A stretch of 64,000 nt of DNA from Candidatus Zhuqueibacterota bacterium (GTDB lineage: Bacteria > Zhuqueibacterota > Zhuqueibacteria > Thermofontimicrobiales > Thermofontimicrobiaceae): NCBI GenBank assembly GCA_049322915.1, contig JBMOPW010000016.1, positions 7,971-71,970 of the forward strand, given 5' to 3'. The notes under the pieces were generated by a model, which saw only the letters and a list, made by a program, of their open reading frames with translations, was not told where the DNA came from and did not search any database. A program made the translations under genes and the position numbers. Shown piece after piece: positions 49,285-60,024 of the stretch; position 1 is the first letter of the stretch, and each line of letters begins with the position of its first letter.

Positions 49285-49531
49285 GTAACCGATCACAGGG
49301 TGAATAGACAAAAACCGCTGAAGCGGTTTCAGGAGTTCTTTTGAGATGATTATAACACCACAATGAATTGTGGTGTTAGTTCAACTCCCCTTTGAATCAA
49401 CACCATGATTCCCAGTATTGTCTCCTTAAAAAATATGGAAGACTGGGCAATGCATCATGGTGTTGATTGTATGAATGAAACATGTCCGAAGCCGTTTCAA
49501 CGGCTTCTATCTACATCCCGTAATCGGTTAC
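49285..49531. mobile_element. 247-bp MITE (GTAA ends) with REP-like palindromes
   Basis: IR GTAACCGATCAC / GTAATCGGTTAC; 8-bp TSD ATTTTGTC (49277-49284, 49532-49539). Confidence 0.85.
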
Positions 49532-49583
49532 ATTTTGTCATCTGATAAACGGTGTAAATTTTAAAATTTAGACAGAGGGTGTT

Positions 49584-49940
49584 ATGGCAATTTTGGGCTA
49601 TTTTCTATTGGGCGCGATTGCGGGTTTTCTCGGAGGCGCATTTGGAGTCGGCGGCGGAATTATCATGGTTCCGGCCCTGTTGATACTTTTTAAGCAACCC
49701 ATTCATATGGCTATTGGCACGTCGCTGATGCTGATCATTCCCATTTCCATCGCCGGGGCGCTGCGCCATTACATGCAGCACAATGTGGAAATGAATATCG
49801 TTCTGATGGCTGGCATTGGGGGAATCATCGGCGCCGTTCTCGGCGCGACTGTCATTATGAACATCCCGGCGATTTATGTGAAACGCGCCCTCGCAATCAT
49901 CTTGATTTATTCCGCGATCCGATTGTGGTTCGCCAAATAA
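49584..49940 (+). CDS. Half-size TSUP/TauE-SafE family membrane protein
   Basis: GFLGGAFGVGGGIIMVPAL, AIGTSL; 118 aa, about 4 TM helices. Confidence 0.85.
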   Translation: MAILGYFLLGAIAGFLGGAFGVGGGIIMVPALLILFKQPIHMAIGTSLMLIIPISIAGALRHYMQHNVEMNIVLMAGIGGIIGAVLGATVIMNIPAIYVKRALAIILIYSAIRLWFAK

Positions 49941-49987
49941 AGTGTGAGCTTAATCAGAATGGAAATTCTATAATTTCAGGAAGGTCA

Positions 49988-52900
49988 ATGAATTCACTCC
50001 CCGAAAAAATAATGAGGCAAATTCCTTCTGCATTTTTGATTGCCGGCTGGAAAATTTACAGCGAGGGCAAATACAAATATTTTGACTTCGTCCGAAACTC
50101 GTACACCAGTCATTTCAAGGAGAAGCGAGGAAGCTACTGGACCACCATCAGGAAGCATAGCGATCAAAGCACGTTTCAGACCTATTGCACGTGCAATTCC
50201 TATTTGATGAATATGAACTGCCCCCATGTGGCAGCGTTGTTTTTCATCATATATGGTTCGGGTGAACATTCGTCGGATGTCGAAAAGACGCTGTACAAGA
50301 ATTTCGAAACGAGCATCTGGGTGAATATTGCCAAGTTATGTTATGAACACTGGCAGGAGGATAAATTAGCCATTGCGTGCGAGGCGACGCCGGATCAGGG
50401 AGGGAAACGCGACATCCGCATTAGCGGCGCTGATTCCGAAGGACTACAAATTTTCAAATTCATACTGACAGCGCCCTATCGGGAGCGATTCCTGTTGAAA
50501 TATCGCTGGCAATTCTTTGAGCATATTGAGGAAGATGTATTTCCGTGGAGTGAATACAACGATGATATGGAATTTCTGACTGCGGACAAGTCCGAACTGG
50601 AAATCCGCATGAACATGTCCGGGTATAAGTCCTGGCAGCAAAAATTTGAAGATAGCTATTGGTACGATTTTGCCAAAGCATGGTATCTGGGCTATGAAGA
50701 TCAGGGGTATTCGGTCGTTTATTCCGAAAAAGAGATGTCCCTGAAAATATTTTCCGGCGAGGACAATTTTGAATTCTGCATTCCCAATAAACAGATATCT
50801 TCCATCATCTCGAAGTTGGCGCAAAACGAAGCCATTCGGGATACACTCAACATTTCCCAGGAAAAGCTTCAACTCAATTATTCGCTGGAAATCAACGATG
50901 CGCACGATTTAATCATCACGCCGGTGTTGATTTTCCCTGATAATTCGGATCCGATATTTTGTCGGGCCGGGGACGCTTTAAAGCCGGTGATTTTCGGGAA
51001 GTACCTTTATCTGCAAAATCGCGGCTTTTTTCAGTACGAACGGGCTATCAAATACTTTGACGCCAATATTTTCAATCTGGAAGAGGTGCGCATTCCCAAC
51101 GATTCGATCCCGAAACTGATGCAAGATTATAAAAAATATTTTGACAAAGGCGAGTTCCATTACGTCAGTCCTTCATTGAAAAATAAGGACTTTGATTTGA
51201 CCATCAAGAATTTGGAGATTCACGTCGAATCGATCGAGGATGATTGGCTGTTTCTCTCCCTGAACTACAGCCTTGCGCGGGAGACGGTGTCGCTGTATGA
51301 TATTTATCAGGCGCTTCGCACAAAAACGCGCTACATCATTGGACAGAAGACCTGGATCGACATGCAAAGCAGCGGCATCGAATGGATTAAAACATTGATT
51401 GACTACGGCGGCGCCTTTTTCGAATTGGACGATAAACACACGGTGCGGCTGAAACTGAATAAGATGAACTTCCTGAGGCTCCGCTCCCAACTACCTGCCC
51501 AGGGCAAAATATCGGCCCATCCGGAATTGATCGAACGAATCGATCTGCTGCAGAATTTAAAATCCTCGGTGAACTGCCCGTCGGTGGCAAACAGGAAATA
51601 TGATCTGCGCGAGTACCAGAAAAACGGCTATGAATGGCTGTGGTTCCTCTACGAAAACCGGCTGGCCGGCCTGTTGTGCGACGATATGGGTCTCGGGAAA
51701 ACGTATCAATCCCTGGCGCTGATTGATGGCGTGACCATGTTCGTTAAAAAACCAACGAATTTTCTGGTCGTTTGCCCGACATCGGTGCTGCCCCACTGGC
51801 ATGATAAATTGTTTCAGTTGAAGAAGAAAGTGAATGTTCATCTGTATTATGGCGGCGACAGAGATCTGGATAATATTGACAGCGAAAAATATTCCGTCAT
51901 TCTGACCTCGTACGGAATTCTCCGCAATGACTTTGCCATCCTTTCGAAGATAGCCTTTGAAGTCGCTATATTCGATGAAATTCAGACCGGGAAGAACAAG
52001 GCCAGCCTCACCAATGCCGCTTTGAATCAACTCCAGGCCAGGGTGAAAATTGGGCTGACCGGCACCCCGATTGAAAATAGCCTGAGCGAACTGAAAGCGT
52101 TGATAGACATCATCCTGCCTTCGTACCTCGGGAGCGACGCCGCATTCCGCACGCATTACATTGTCCCCATCGAGCGGAACAAGAATATGGAGAGGCTGGA
52201 GGAACTGCACCGCATCATCCAGCCGTTTGTATTGCGCAGAACGAAAGTGCAGGTATTGCAGGAGTTGCCTCCCAAAACCGAAGAGGTACGAAAATGTGAA
52301 TTGAGCGCGCATCAGGTGAAATTGTACCAGGATGTGATCAATTCCCGCGCCCAATTATTGATCGCCCAGCTTTTAAAACAGGAGAAGGGCATTCCGTACA
52401 TCCACATTTTCAGCGTGCTCAGCTCCCTCAAACAGATCTGCAATCATCCCAGCCAAATGGAGGATGGTTGCACCGATTACAACAAATATCAATCCGGGAA
52501 ATGGGACCTGTTCTGCGAGCTATTGGAGGAAAGTCTGGGCAGCGGATTCAAGGTGGTTGTGTTCAGCCAGTACTTGAATATGCTGGGGCTGATCGAAGCC
52601 TATTTGAAGGATAACCATATCCAATTTGCAACGATCAAAGGATCGACCCGCAACCGGCGGGAAATGATCGATGAATTCAATAAAAATCCAAAATGCCAGG
52701 TTTTCACGGGCAGTCTGAAGGCCTCCGGCTATGGCATTGATTTGATCGGCGGCTCCGTGGTCATTCATTACGACCGATGGTGGAATGCAGCCCGCGAAGA
52801 TCAGGCCACAGACCGCGTACACCGCATCGGGCAGACGCGGGGAGTTCAGGTTTTCAAACTGGTCACGGAGGGCACGCTGGAAGAAAAAATAGACCGGCTC

Positions 52901-53017
52901 ATTTCGAAGAAGAAAAAACTGATGGAGGAACTCATCCGCGAAGACGAAGCGGATATGGTGAAGAGTTTCACGCGCGAGGAAATGATCGATTTGCTCACGT
53001 TCGACATGGGGGAATAA
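49988..53017 (+). CDS. SWIM-domain SNF2 helicase
   Basis: CTC...CPH SWIM; LREYQ, CDDMGLGKT, DEIQ, LTGTPIEN, LRRTK, WWNAAREDQATDRVHRIGQ. Confidence 0.93.
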   Translation: MNSLPEKIMRQIPSAFLIAGWKIYSEGKYKYFDFVRNSYTSHFKEKRGSYWTTIRKHSDQSTFQTYCTCNSYLMNMNCPHVAALFFIIYGSGEHSSDVEKTLYKNFETSIWVNIAKLCYEHWQEDKLAIACEATPDQGGKRDIRISGADSEGLQIFKFILTAPYRERFLLKYRWQFFEHIEEDVFPWSEYNDDMEFLTADKSELEIRMNMSGYKSWQQKFEDSYWYDFAKAWYLGYEDQGYSVVYSEKEMSLKIFSGEDNFEFCIPNKQISSIISKLAQNEAIRDTLNISQEKLQLNYSLEINDAHDLIITPVLIFPDNSDPIFCRAGDALKPVIFGKYLYLQNRGFFQYERAIKYFDANIFNLEEVRIPNDSIPKLMQDYKKYFDKGEFHYVSPSLKNKDFDLTIKNLEIHVESIEDDWLFLSLNYSLARETVSLYDIYQALRTKTRYIIGQKTWIDMQSSGIEWIKTLIDYGGAFFELDDKHTVRLKLNKMNFLRLRSQLPAQGKISAHPELIERIDLLQNLKSSVNCPSVANRKYDLREYQKNGYEWLWFLYENRLAGLLCDDMGLGKTYQSLALIDGVTMFVKKPTNFLVVCPTSVLPHWHDKLFQLKKKVNVHLYYGGDRDLDNIDSEKYSVILTSYGILRNDFAILSKIAFEVAIFDEIQTGKNKASLTNAALNQLQARVKIGLTGTPIENSLSELKALIDIILPSYLGSDAAFRTHYIVPIERNKNMERLEELHRIIQPFVLRRTKVQVLQELPPKTEEVRKCELSAHQVKLYQDVINSRAQLLIAQLLKQEKGIPYIHIFSVLSSLKQICNHPSQMEDGCTDYNKYQSGKWDLFCELLEESLGSGFKVVVFSQYLNMLGLIEAYLKDNHIQFATIKGSTRNRREMIDEFNKNPKCQVFTGSLKASGYGIDLIGGSVVIHYDRWWNAAREDQATDRVHRIGQTRGVQVFKLVTEGTLEEKIDRLISKKKKLMEELIREDEADMVKSFTREEMIDLLTFDMGE

Positions 53018-53170
53018 GGCCGGATTTCCGGTGGAAGGATTCTCCGCAGTCGATGGCCCGTTGGCCACACCCGTCTTTGAACCAGGGAGCCAAATTTAAC
53101 CTCAAAAAATTAACCCCGCTGACATCGCGGCATTTGGCCGCTCAGCGGGGTTTCTTTCATCAATACCTGC

Positions 53171-56100
53171 TCAACTCTCCTGCTTTTCAAGCCATTCTTC
53201 TTTTGTCATCACTTTGATTGGCTGGAGCTTTTTGACGGCAAGTTTTTTATTGAGTGACGCAAGCTCCTTTTCGATGATTTGCCGGTACGAGACGTTCGCT
53301 TTCTCGATCTCTTTTTCCAGCACAATGATTCGTGCGAGCTGCGACTCGGTCGGCCTTCCAAAGTAATTGCTGACGCTTCCATAGACATCAACGACGCGTT
53401 CGCGGAGCTGTACTTCGCCGGTAATGCCAGCGCTCTTCTTCGTGGCGACGAGCGTTTTGTGCAGTTTGTCGAGTTTGTCAGCGAACTGTTTCAATCCGTC
53501 GGACAGGCCATCGCCTTTTTTCAACTGTTTGGAATGATCCCGGGCCATGTCGCGCGCAGCCGTAACCTGCTCGGCAATGTAGGCCAGATATTCCTGCATG
53601 CGATAGAGTTGCCACACGGTCTTTTGTTGAAGCGCCCGATCTTCGGCCGAATGGGGCAGCTTCGGATCGAACGCAATCTTTATCTCGGTGGACAGCGTGT
53701 CTTTACCGCGGATCAATTTTGCGGTGTAGGTTCCTTCCGGAACCGTAGGACCGAATAACGCCCCGCCAGCCAGAGTCGGCGCCGGCGCGACTTTGGGCGG
53801 TTTCAATCGCATGGGCCAATTGACAATATTTATGCCACGCCGCTTGCCGCCCGGCAGACTTTTGATCAACGCGCCTTCGGCGTCGAAAATCTCCACTTTC
53901 AAATCGCCGAACATATGCCGCTTTTTCATGGAATAAATCACTTTGGCGATTTCGTTCGGATTTGCGCCGATGAATTCGGCCGGCTCTGCGTAACGGATAT
54001 CGCCGCCCATGGATTTGATGTAAGTGACGGGCGACTTGAACAGATGAATGTCTGCGTCCGCAATTTCTTGGGTGATGTTGCGTAGCAGGTCGAGATCATC
54101 GACGATGTAAATTCCGCGACCATGCGTGGCGAGAATTAAATCCGCTTCACGCGGATGAATGGCGATATCGAAGACAGCCACATTGGGGAAATTGCCGGTG
54201 AACTGCGCCCATTGAGCGCCGCCATCGATGGATAAAAATAGCCCAAACTCGGTTCCGACAAATAGCAGATTCGGGCGCTCCAGATCCTCGCGAATGACAT
54301 GGGCGAAGCCCTTGATATCGTCCGTCACAAGTGACTGCCAGGTCGCTCCGAAGTCTGTGGTTTTATAGACATAGGTGCGCATGTCCCCGGTGCGATGCCC
54401 ATCGAATGTGGCGTAAGCGGTTCCCCGGTCGAAGCGACTGGCTTCGATGAAACTGCACCAGGTGTTTTTCGGCAAATTCGGAATGTTTTTCACCACATTG
54501 GTCCAGGCTTTTCCGCCGTCCCGGGTGACCTGCAAATTGCCATCGTCGGTACCGGCCCAGACGATTGTGAAATCCAGAGGTGATTCGGAAATGGTGAAAA
54601 TGGTGCAGTGGTTTTCGGCGCTGGTGTTATCGACGGTAATTCCGCCCGAGTTCTCCTGCTGTTGTTTCGCCGGGTCATTGGTCGTCAGGTCGTCCGAAAT
54701 TCTTGCCCATGAGTCGCCTTTATCTGTCGAGCGAAACAGGAACTGGCACCCAATGTACAACGCGTTTTTGGTGACGGCGATCGGCGTGTTCCAATTGAAA
54801 CGATAGGGTGGCTCGCCTTCTTTGGGCAGCGGTTTTATGTCCTTGCTCTCGCCAGTGGATTTGTGAAGCCGGGACAGGTTACCGCCCTGCCATTCGCGAT
54901 AAATGATGTCCGCATCCGCCGGATCAGCGATGACGTAAAATCCATCGCCGCCGCCAACCTGGCTCCAATCGGCATTGGTGACGCCATCCGGGCTTTGCGA
55001 TGGCCCGTAGCACGAACCGTTATCCTGCAAGCCGCCGTAAACATTGTACGGTTCGGCCATATCCACACTGACGTGATAGAATTGAGATACAGGGATGTTG
55101 TTCAGAAAATGCCAACTGGAGCCTGTATCGAACGAGACATACACGCCGCCATCTGTCCCTAAAACCAGATGGTCGGGATTACTGGGATTGATCCAAAATG
55201 CATGGGTGTCCGGGTGAAATCCTCTGAGTGAGTTAAAAGATTCGCCGCCATCTTTGCTCACATCCAGTACAAATCCCGGTTTATAGACGCGGTTATATTC
55301 GCGGGGATCGACCTGAAGCAGGCTGAAATAGAAGGGACGTTGTCCAATGCTTGTTGAAGAATCCAGGCGCGCCCAGTTCTCTCCCATATCTGCGGATCGG
55401 TAGACTGCGGTTTTTTTCGATTCGATGACCGCATACACGGTGCTGGGGCGACTCGGCGCCACGGCGACGGCGATTCTCCCAAGGTTCTCGCGGGGAATGC
55501 CCTGTTGCAGCTTCTTCCAGGTCTTCCCGCCATCGAGGCTGCGGTAGAGTCCGCTGCCTTTCCCGCCGGAATTGAATGTGTGCGGCTGTCGCCGGAATTC
55601 CCACATGGTGGCGTAAATGACATCCGGCTCCTGGGTATCCATGGCAATGTCGCTGCAACCGGTGTTCTCATCCACATAGAGAATTTTCTGCCAGGACTTT
55701 CCGCCATCGCAGGTTTTGTACACGCCGCGCTGGGGATTGGCATTCCACAGGTGACCCAGAGCGGCAACGTAGACGATATCCGGCTTTTTTGGATTGATCA
55801 GAATTCTGCCAATCCGTTCCGTGCTGTCCAGGCCGACGCAGGTCCAATTGTCTCCGCTATCAGTTGATTTGTAAAGGCCGGTGCCCGCTGAAACGCTGTT
55901 GCGGACCCATGTTTCACCGGTGCCGACCCAGATGGTATCCGGATGCGTTTGATCGATGGTAATGGCCCCAATGGATTGCGTGTATTTATCAAAAACGGGT
56001 TTGAACGATACGCCGGCGTTGATAGATTTCCAGACGCCGCCGTTGGCAGCACCCACGTACATAATTCGGGGGGTTTTGGCGACGACGTCCAGGGCGGTAA

Positions 56101-56260
56101 TACGTCCGCCGATAACTGCCGGGCCAATGGAACGAGCTTCAATTGCGCCAAATGTGTAGGTATCGATTTTCTTTTCAGGCGAGAGGGATGGTGTCACCGC
56201 CCAAGTGCCTGAAACACAGAGAAGTAAAATCACGAAGGCTATCAATGATTTTCGGATCAT
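53171..56260 (-). CDS. VPS10/sortilin-like BNR-repeat exported glycosyl hydrolase-like protein
   Basis: SIGPA..GGRI; many S/TxDxGxTW BNR repeats; GGLQDNG; ATHGRG. Confidence 0.9.
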   Translation of the reverse strand: MIRKSLIAFVILLLCVSGTWAVTPSLSPEKKIDTYTFGAIEARSIGPAVIGGRITALDVVAKTPRIMYVGAANGGVWKSINAGVSFKPVFDKYTQSIGAITIDQTHPDTIWVGTGETWVRNSVSAGTGLYKSTDSGDNWTCVGLDSTERIGRILINPKKPDIVYVAALGHLWNANPQRGVYKTCDGGKSWQKILYVDENTGCSDIAMDTQEPDVIYATMWEFRRQPHTFNSGGKGSGLYRSLDGGKTWKKLQQGIPRENLGRIAVAVAPSRPSTVYAVIESKKTAVYRSADMGENWARLDSSTSIGQRPFYFSLLQVDPREYNRVYKPGFVLDVSKDGGESFNSLRGFHPDTHAFWINPSNPDHLVLGTDGGVYVSFDTGSSWHFLNNIPVSQFYHVSVDMAEPYNVYGGLQDNGSCYGPSQSPDGVTNADWSQVGGGDGFYVIADPADADIIYREWQGGNLSRLHKSTGESKDIKPLPKEGEPPYRFNWNTPIAVTKNALYIGCQFLFRSTDKGDSWARISDDLTTNDPAKQQQENSGGITVDNTSAENHCTIFTISESPLDFTIVWAGTDDGNLQVTRDGGKAWTNVVKNIPNLPKNTWCSFIEASRFDRGTAYATFDGHRTGDMRTYVYKTTDFGATWQSLVTDDIKGFAHVIREDLERPNLLFVGTEFGLFLSIDGGAQWAQFTGNFPNVAVFDIAIHPREADLILATHGRGIYIVDDLDLLRNITQEIADADIHLFKSPVTYIKSMGGDIRYAEPAEFIGANPNEIAKVIYSMKKRHMFGDLKVEIFDAEGALIKSLPGGKRRGINIVNWPMRLKPPKVAPAPTLAGGALFGPTVPEGTYTAKLIRGKDTLSTEIKIAFDPKLPHSAEDRALQQKTVWQLYRMQEYLAYIAEQVTAARDMARDHSKQLKKGDGLSDGLKQFADKLDKLHKTLVATKKSAGITGEVQLRERVVDVYGSVSNYFGRPTESQLARIIVLEKEIEKANVSYRQIIEKELASLNKKLAVKKLQPIKVMTKEEWLEKQES

Positions 56261-56406
56261 GGGAAAGCTCCTTTTTTAGAACAGATCAGAGGAATTTTTC
56301 GATCGATGAAATTCTCCCCGGGCAGAAGCGCCCGGGGAGTTACCATCATTTTCGGTGTGTGCGCGCATTTCGGGTTTAGCGGTCGATGCAGAATTGAATT
56401 CGAACA

Positions 56407-57162
56407 CTAATTTTGGGGTGTTTCCGGCGCGCTTTCTTTCACAGGCATTTTGAAAAGGGAATCGTCGACTTCCACGTTCATTTCAATGGTGTCGATGGTG
56501 ATTTGCGAAACTGTCTGGCCGCTGACTTTGGTTTCCATGGCCGTGCCAACCATCAGACCATTCACCTCTTTGTAATCGCTGATGGATGTCTCAGCCTCGA
56601 TCTGGGTCCCCTGACGATCGATTTTCGCGATGGTCTTAATTTCCAGGAAGTGTTCGGCATCGATGAGATCGTAACGAACATCGCCATTCTTCAGCACGAC
56701 TTTGACCTTGTACACGTCTGTGCCTTCCATGTTTTCTTTGCCGATCAACTCGACTGTATGACCTTTATCCTTGGAGTCCACCAGATGCCCGTCCATGTCC
56801 GCTTGTTCTTCGACACTCCTGGCCTGATCTTCCGGCATTTTTTGTGGATCATTTAAACCCATAAAAGGATTAATCCACCAGGCGTTTTGTCCATCAAAAA
56901 CCTGCACCATCGTTTGTCCCTGTAACGAGACTTCGAGGCGGATGCAGTTCGGGCGCTTTTGAATGATCGTAAACGGAATTTCCATGCCCTGCATCATTTG
57001 CTTGCCGGTCATTTTAACGGTATTCACGGCTTTCAGCTTATCATAACCGCCGCGGGCTTCGATATTCTTTTTGATGATGTCATCGACTGTTTCCTGGGCG
57101 AATGCCAGCGCGCACATCGCCAGCACGAATATTCCAGTCAGAACGACTAATTTTCGAGACAT
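56407..57162 (-). CDS. Exported LolA-like outer-membrane lipoprotein-sorting protein
   Basis: QETVDDIIKKNIEARGG, KRPN, FDGQNAW, SDYKEVNGL, FKMP. Confidence 0.75.
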   Translation of the reverse strand: MSRKLVVLTGIFVLAMCALAFAQETVDDIIKKNIEARGGYDKLKAVNTVKMTGKQMMQGMEIPFTIIQKRPNCIRLEVSLQGQTMVQVFDGQNAWWINPFMGLNDPQKMPEDQARSVEEQADMDGHLVDSKDKGHTVELIGKENMEGTDVYKVKVVLKNGDVRYDLIDAEHFLEIKTIAKIDRQGTQIEAETSISDYKEVNGLMVGTAMETKVSGQTVSQITIDTIEMNVEVDDSLFKMPVKESAPETPQN

Positions 57163-57607
57163 AAAACACTCCTTGTTTAAATGAAATGATGAACCAATGA
57201 ATTATGAGATCGGCGTCAAAACATGTCCGCCTCACGAGGCAGATGCTCAAATCAGGCTGTCCGGGTGTTGCCTGAAATTGTGAACGCATGATTCAAGCTG
57301 AGCCTGCGAGACTAACCTGGATTGAGGTTGTGCCCTGAATTGCCGACAGGGCGGCTCAATATAGAAATTTAATCGTTGAAAATCAATGACAATGTTACGG
57401 CAGGTGTGTTTTATTGTTGCAATTATTTTCTCAGGATAGCAATGAAATAGAGCTTGATTTTTATTCTAATATTTTTTATACTTGGCGCGATGAATCTGGC
57501 TGGAACTGGTTGTCGGCTCGAAATATGGTTCCGGCAGGCAATTTAATGAATCGGACGAATTGAAACGAACAGAATGATTTGTAATTTAATGTACGAGGGA
57601 AGGAAAT

Positions 57608-58543
57608 ATGAAACTGAGCAGGAACATCAGACATCAAATTCGCGATTATACGGCCATTACGATCGGCGCGTTCATCATGTCGGTTGGAGTTGGCGCTTTT
57701 TTGGTCGATGCCAAGGTGGTGCCGGGCGGCGTCAGTGGCCTGGCCATGACCGTGCATTATCTCACGGATTACAAATTTTCAGTGGGACTCCTCATGTGGC
57801 TGTTCAATATTCCACTGTTCATCTGGGGACTGAAGGAACTGGGGAGCCGGTTTGGATTGAGGACGTTTGTGGGTTTTACGCTCAACTCACTTTTCATCGA
57901 TTTGATCCGGGGAAATATTCCCGGATTTCGATTCATCCGATTACAGGATTCGGCTGCGATCCGGGATATGTACCAGAACGATTTCATCCTCGCGATTCTT
58001 TTTGGAGCGGCGTTGTTGGGCATTGGATTGGGGATAATATTCAAATTCCGCGGCACCACGGCGGGCTCCGATATCGTGGCTGCCGTCATGCAGAAGAGGT
58101 TTGGCTGGAAACCGGGTCAGGCCATGATGCTCATCGATTTTTTTGTGATCACAGCCGCTGGTTTTGTGATTCAATATAAGCACCTGTCGGAGTTCAAGCC
58201 GGCGTTGTCGTTGACGTTGTACGCATTCATCCTGTTGTTCATTTCCGCCCGCATCATCGACGTCATCATCGATGGTATGGATTATGCCCGCGCCGCTATC
58301 ATTATCTCTCCCAAATATGAAGAAATCGCCGAAGCGATTATGGACGACCTCAGCCGCGGCGCTACCGCTCTGCGCGGTTATGGCCTGTATACCCAGGTGG
58401 AGCGGCAGGTGATTTTTACGGTTATCACCCGGAAGGAAACCACGCAATTGACGGACATTGTCAAAGAGATCGACCCGGATGCGTTCGTCATTATCAATAA
58501 TGTACATGAAGTGCTGGGCGCCGGATTCCGGCGGAGGATGTGA
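57608..58543 (+). CDS. YitT family membrane protein (DUF2179)
   Basis: PGGVSGL, NIPLF, TTAGSDI, RGAT, IDPDAFV..EVLG.GF. Confidence 0.9.
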   Translation: MKLSRNIRHQIRDYTAITIGAFIMSVGVGAFLVDAKVVPGGVSGLAMTVHYLTDYKFSVGLLMWLFNIPLFIWGLKELGSRFGLRTFVGFTLNSLFIDLIRGNIPGFRFIRLQDSAAIRDMYQNDFILAILFGAALLGIGLGIIFKFRGTTAGSDIVAAVMQKRFGWKPGQAMMLIDFFVITAAGFVIQYKHLSEFKPALSLTLYAFILLFISARIIDVIIDGMDYARAAIIISPKYEEIAEAIMDDLSRGATALRGYGLYTQVERQVIFTVITRKETTQLTDIVKEIDPDAFVIINNVHEVLGAGFRRRM

Positions 58544-58658
58544 GGTGATTAGTTTTAAAATAAAAAATTGCCGCGTAGCCGCCAGGGCGCAAAGAAGAAC
58601 ATTTGAAATTTGAAGCAGGACTGTTAAAATTTTTCAGAAATTTTCTCATTGAAATCTT

Positions 58659-58806
58659 GTAACCGTTCACCGGTTCATCGTTCAGGGTTCAAGGTTAATG
58701 ATAACGTACAGTTGCTGATGGACTATTTTCGCGCACAAAAAGTCTCGCGCAAACCTATCCAAAACCCCAACCGGGAACAATGAACCCGGAACCTGTGAAC
58801 AGCTAC
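58659..58806. mobile_element. 148-bp MITE (GTAA end)
   Basis: IR GTAACCGTTCAC / GTGAACAGCTAC; 8-bp TSD GAAATCTT (58651-58658, 58807-58814). Confidence 0.82.
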
Positions 58807-58871
58807 GAAATCTTTCTTTTAATACTTCGCAACTTCGTGTCTTCTCGGCATTCTTTTATCTCCATCAAAAA

Positions 58872-59972
58872 TCAATCGCGCGCATAGCACGAGAATCCGG
58901 CGTCGCGAATCAGTTTCACTGCTTCCCTGCGCTCCCGTTCTGTGTCAAACGCCAGGCGGATGGAGCCGCCTTCGCCTTCGCGGACTTTGAGCACTTCAAT
59001 GTCCTTGATATTGATATTGTTTTGAGCCAGCAGGTTGGAGAATTTGGCGATCACGCCGGGAATATCTTCCACGGCAATGGAGACGTCGTGCAACGGCCGC
59101 AAGAACCCCTTGCTGTCTTTCGGAATGGCGAGCCGCGTCGTGGCTGCCCTGTCGAAATAGGTCTCCAGATCCTGATCCAGCAGATGGTTTCGCACTTGCT
59201 TCAATTCATTCATGTATTCTTCTAAAAATTTCACGATCTGATCGCGGTTCGTGCGGCAGATGTCCTTCCACACCGAAAACGGGCTGGAGGCGATGCGCGT
59301 CATGTCCCGGAATCCTCCGGCAGCCAATTTCAGGAAATTGGCGTTTTGCTGATTGTGCCGACCCAATAAATTGACCATCGCCACGGCTGCAAATTGAGGC
59401 AGGTGACTGACGCCGGCAGCGATGTCGTCGTGCATTTCCGGGGTGAGCATGAGGATCTTCGCTCCGATTGATTCGAACAGCGTGCCTACCTTTCGGGTAA
59501 TGGCTTCCGGCACCAACAGGCCCGGCGTGAGCACCCAGATGGCATTTTCGAATAAAAACGGATCCGCTGATTCGATGCCCCGTTTCTCAGCGCCGGCCAT
59601 GGGATGGGTGCCGAGGAAGAAATTGCGCTTGCCAAAATACTTATTCGCCTCGGAGACGATGAGCGTTTTTGTGCTGCCTACGTCGCAGACCAGGGCATTT
59701 TCATCGGCGAATTGCGCAATCTGCGGCAGTAACTCCACAATCTGCTGTACCGGTGTGCACAGGAAAATGAGGTCAGAACCTTTGAGCGCCTGCGCCAACT
59801 CCGCTGGATTATATCCTTCAGAGATCGCCCCTCGCTCAAGCGCCTTGTGAATGATGGAATATTCATCCACGCCAATAATGGTTTGGCAAAATTTCTTCCT
59901 GTTCAATGCCAGACCAATAGACCCGCCAATTAGCCCGGTCCCGATAATGGTAATCTGGGAGCATTTTTGCAT
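58872..59972 (-). CDS. tyrA: Prephenate dehydrogenase with ACT domain
   Basis: GTGLIGGS, DVGSTK, HPMAGAE, HD..AGVSHLP, GGFRDMTRIA; C-terminal ACT. Confidence 0.93.
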   Translation of the reverse strand: MQKCSQITIIGTGLIGGSIGLALNRKKFCQTIIGVDEYSIIHKALERGAISEGYNPAELAQALKGSDLIFLCTPVQQIVELLPQIAQFADENALVCDVGSTKTLIVSEANKYFGKRNFFLGTHPMAGAEKRGIESADPFLFENAIWVLTPGLLVPEAITRKVGTLFESIGAKILMLTPEMHDDIAAGVSHLPQFAAVAMVNLLGRHNQQNANFLKLAAGGFRDMTRIASSPFSVWKDICRTNRDQIVKFLEEYMNELKQVRNHLLDQDLETYFDRAATTRLAIPKDSKGFLRPLHDVSIAVEDIPGVIAKFSNLLAQNNINIKDIEVLKVREGEGGSIRLAFDTERERREAVKLIRDAGFSCYARD

Positions 59973-60024
59973 GGCTTAACCTCGAAGTTTTGTGAAGGAA
60001 ATTCAAGTGATGTCTTGCTACTTA

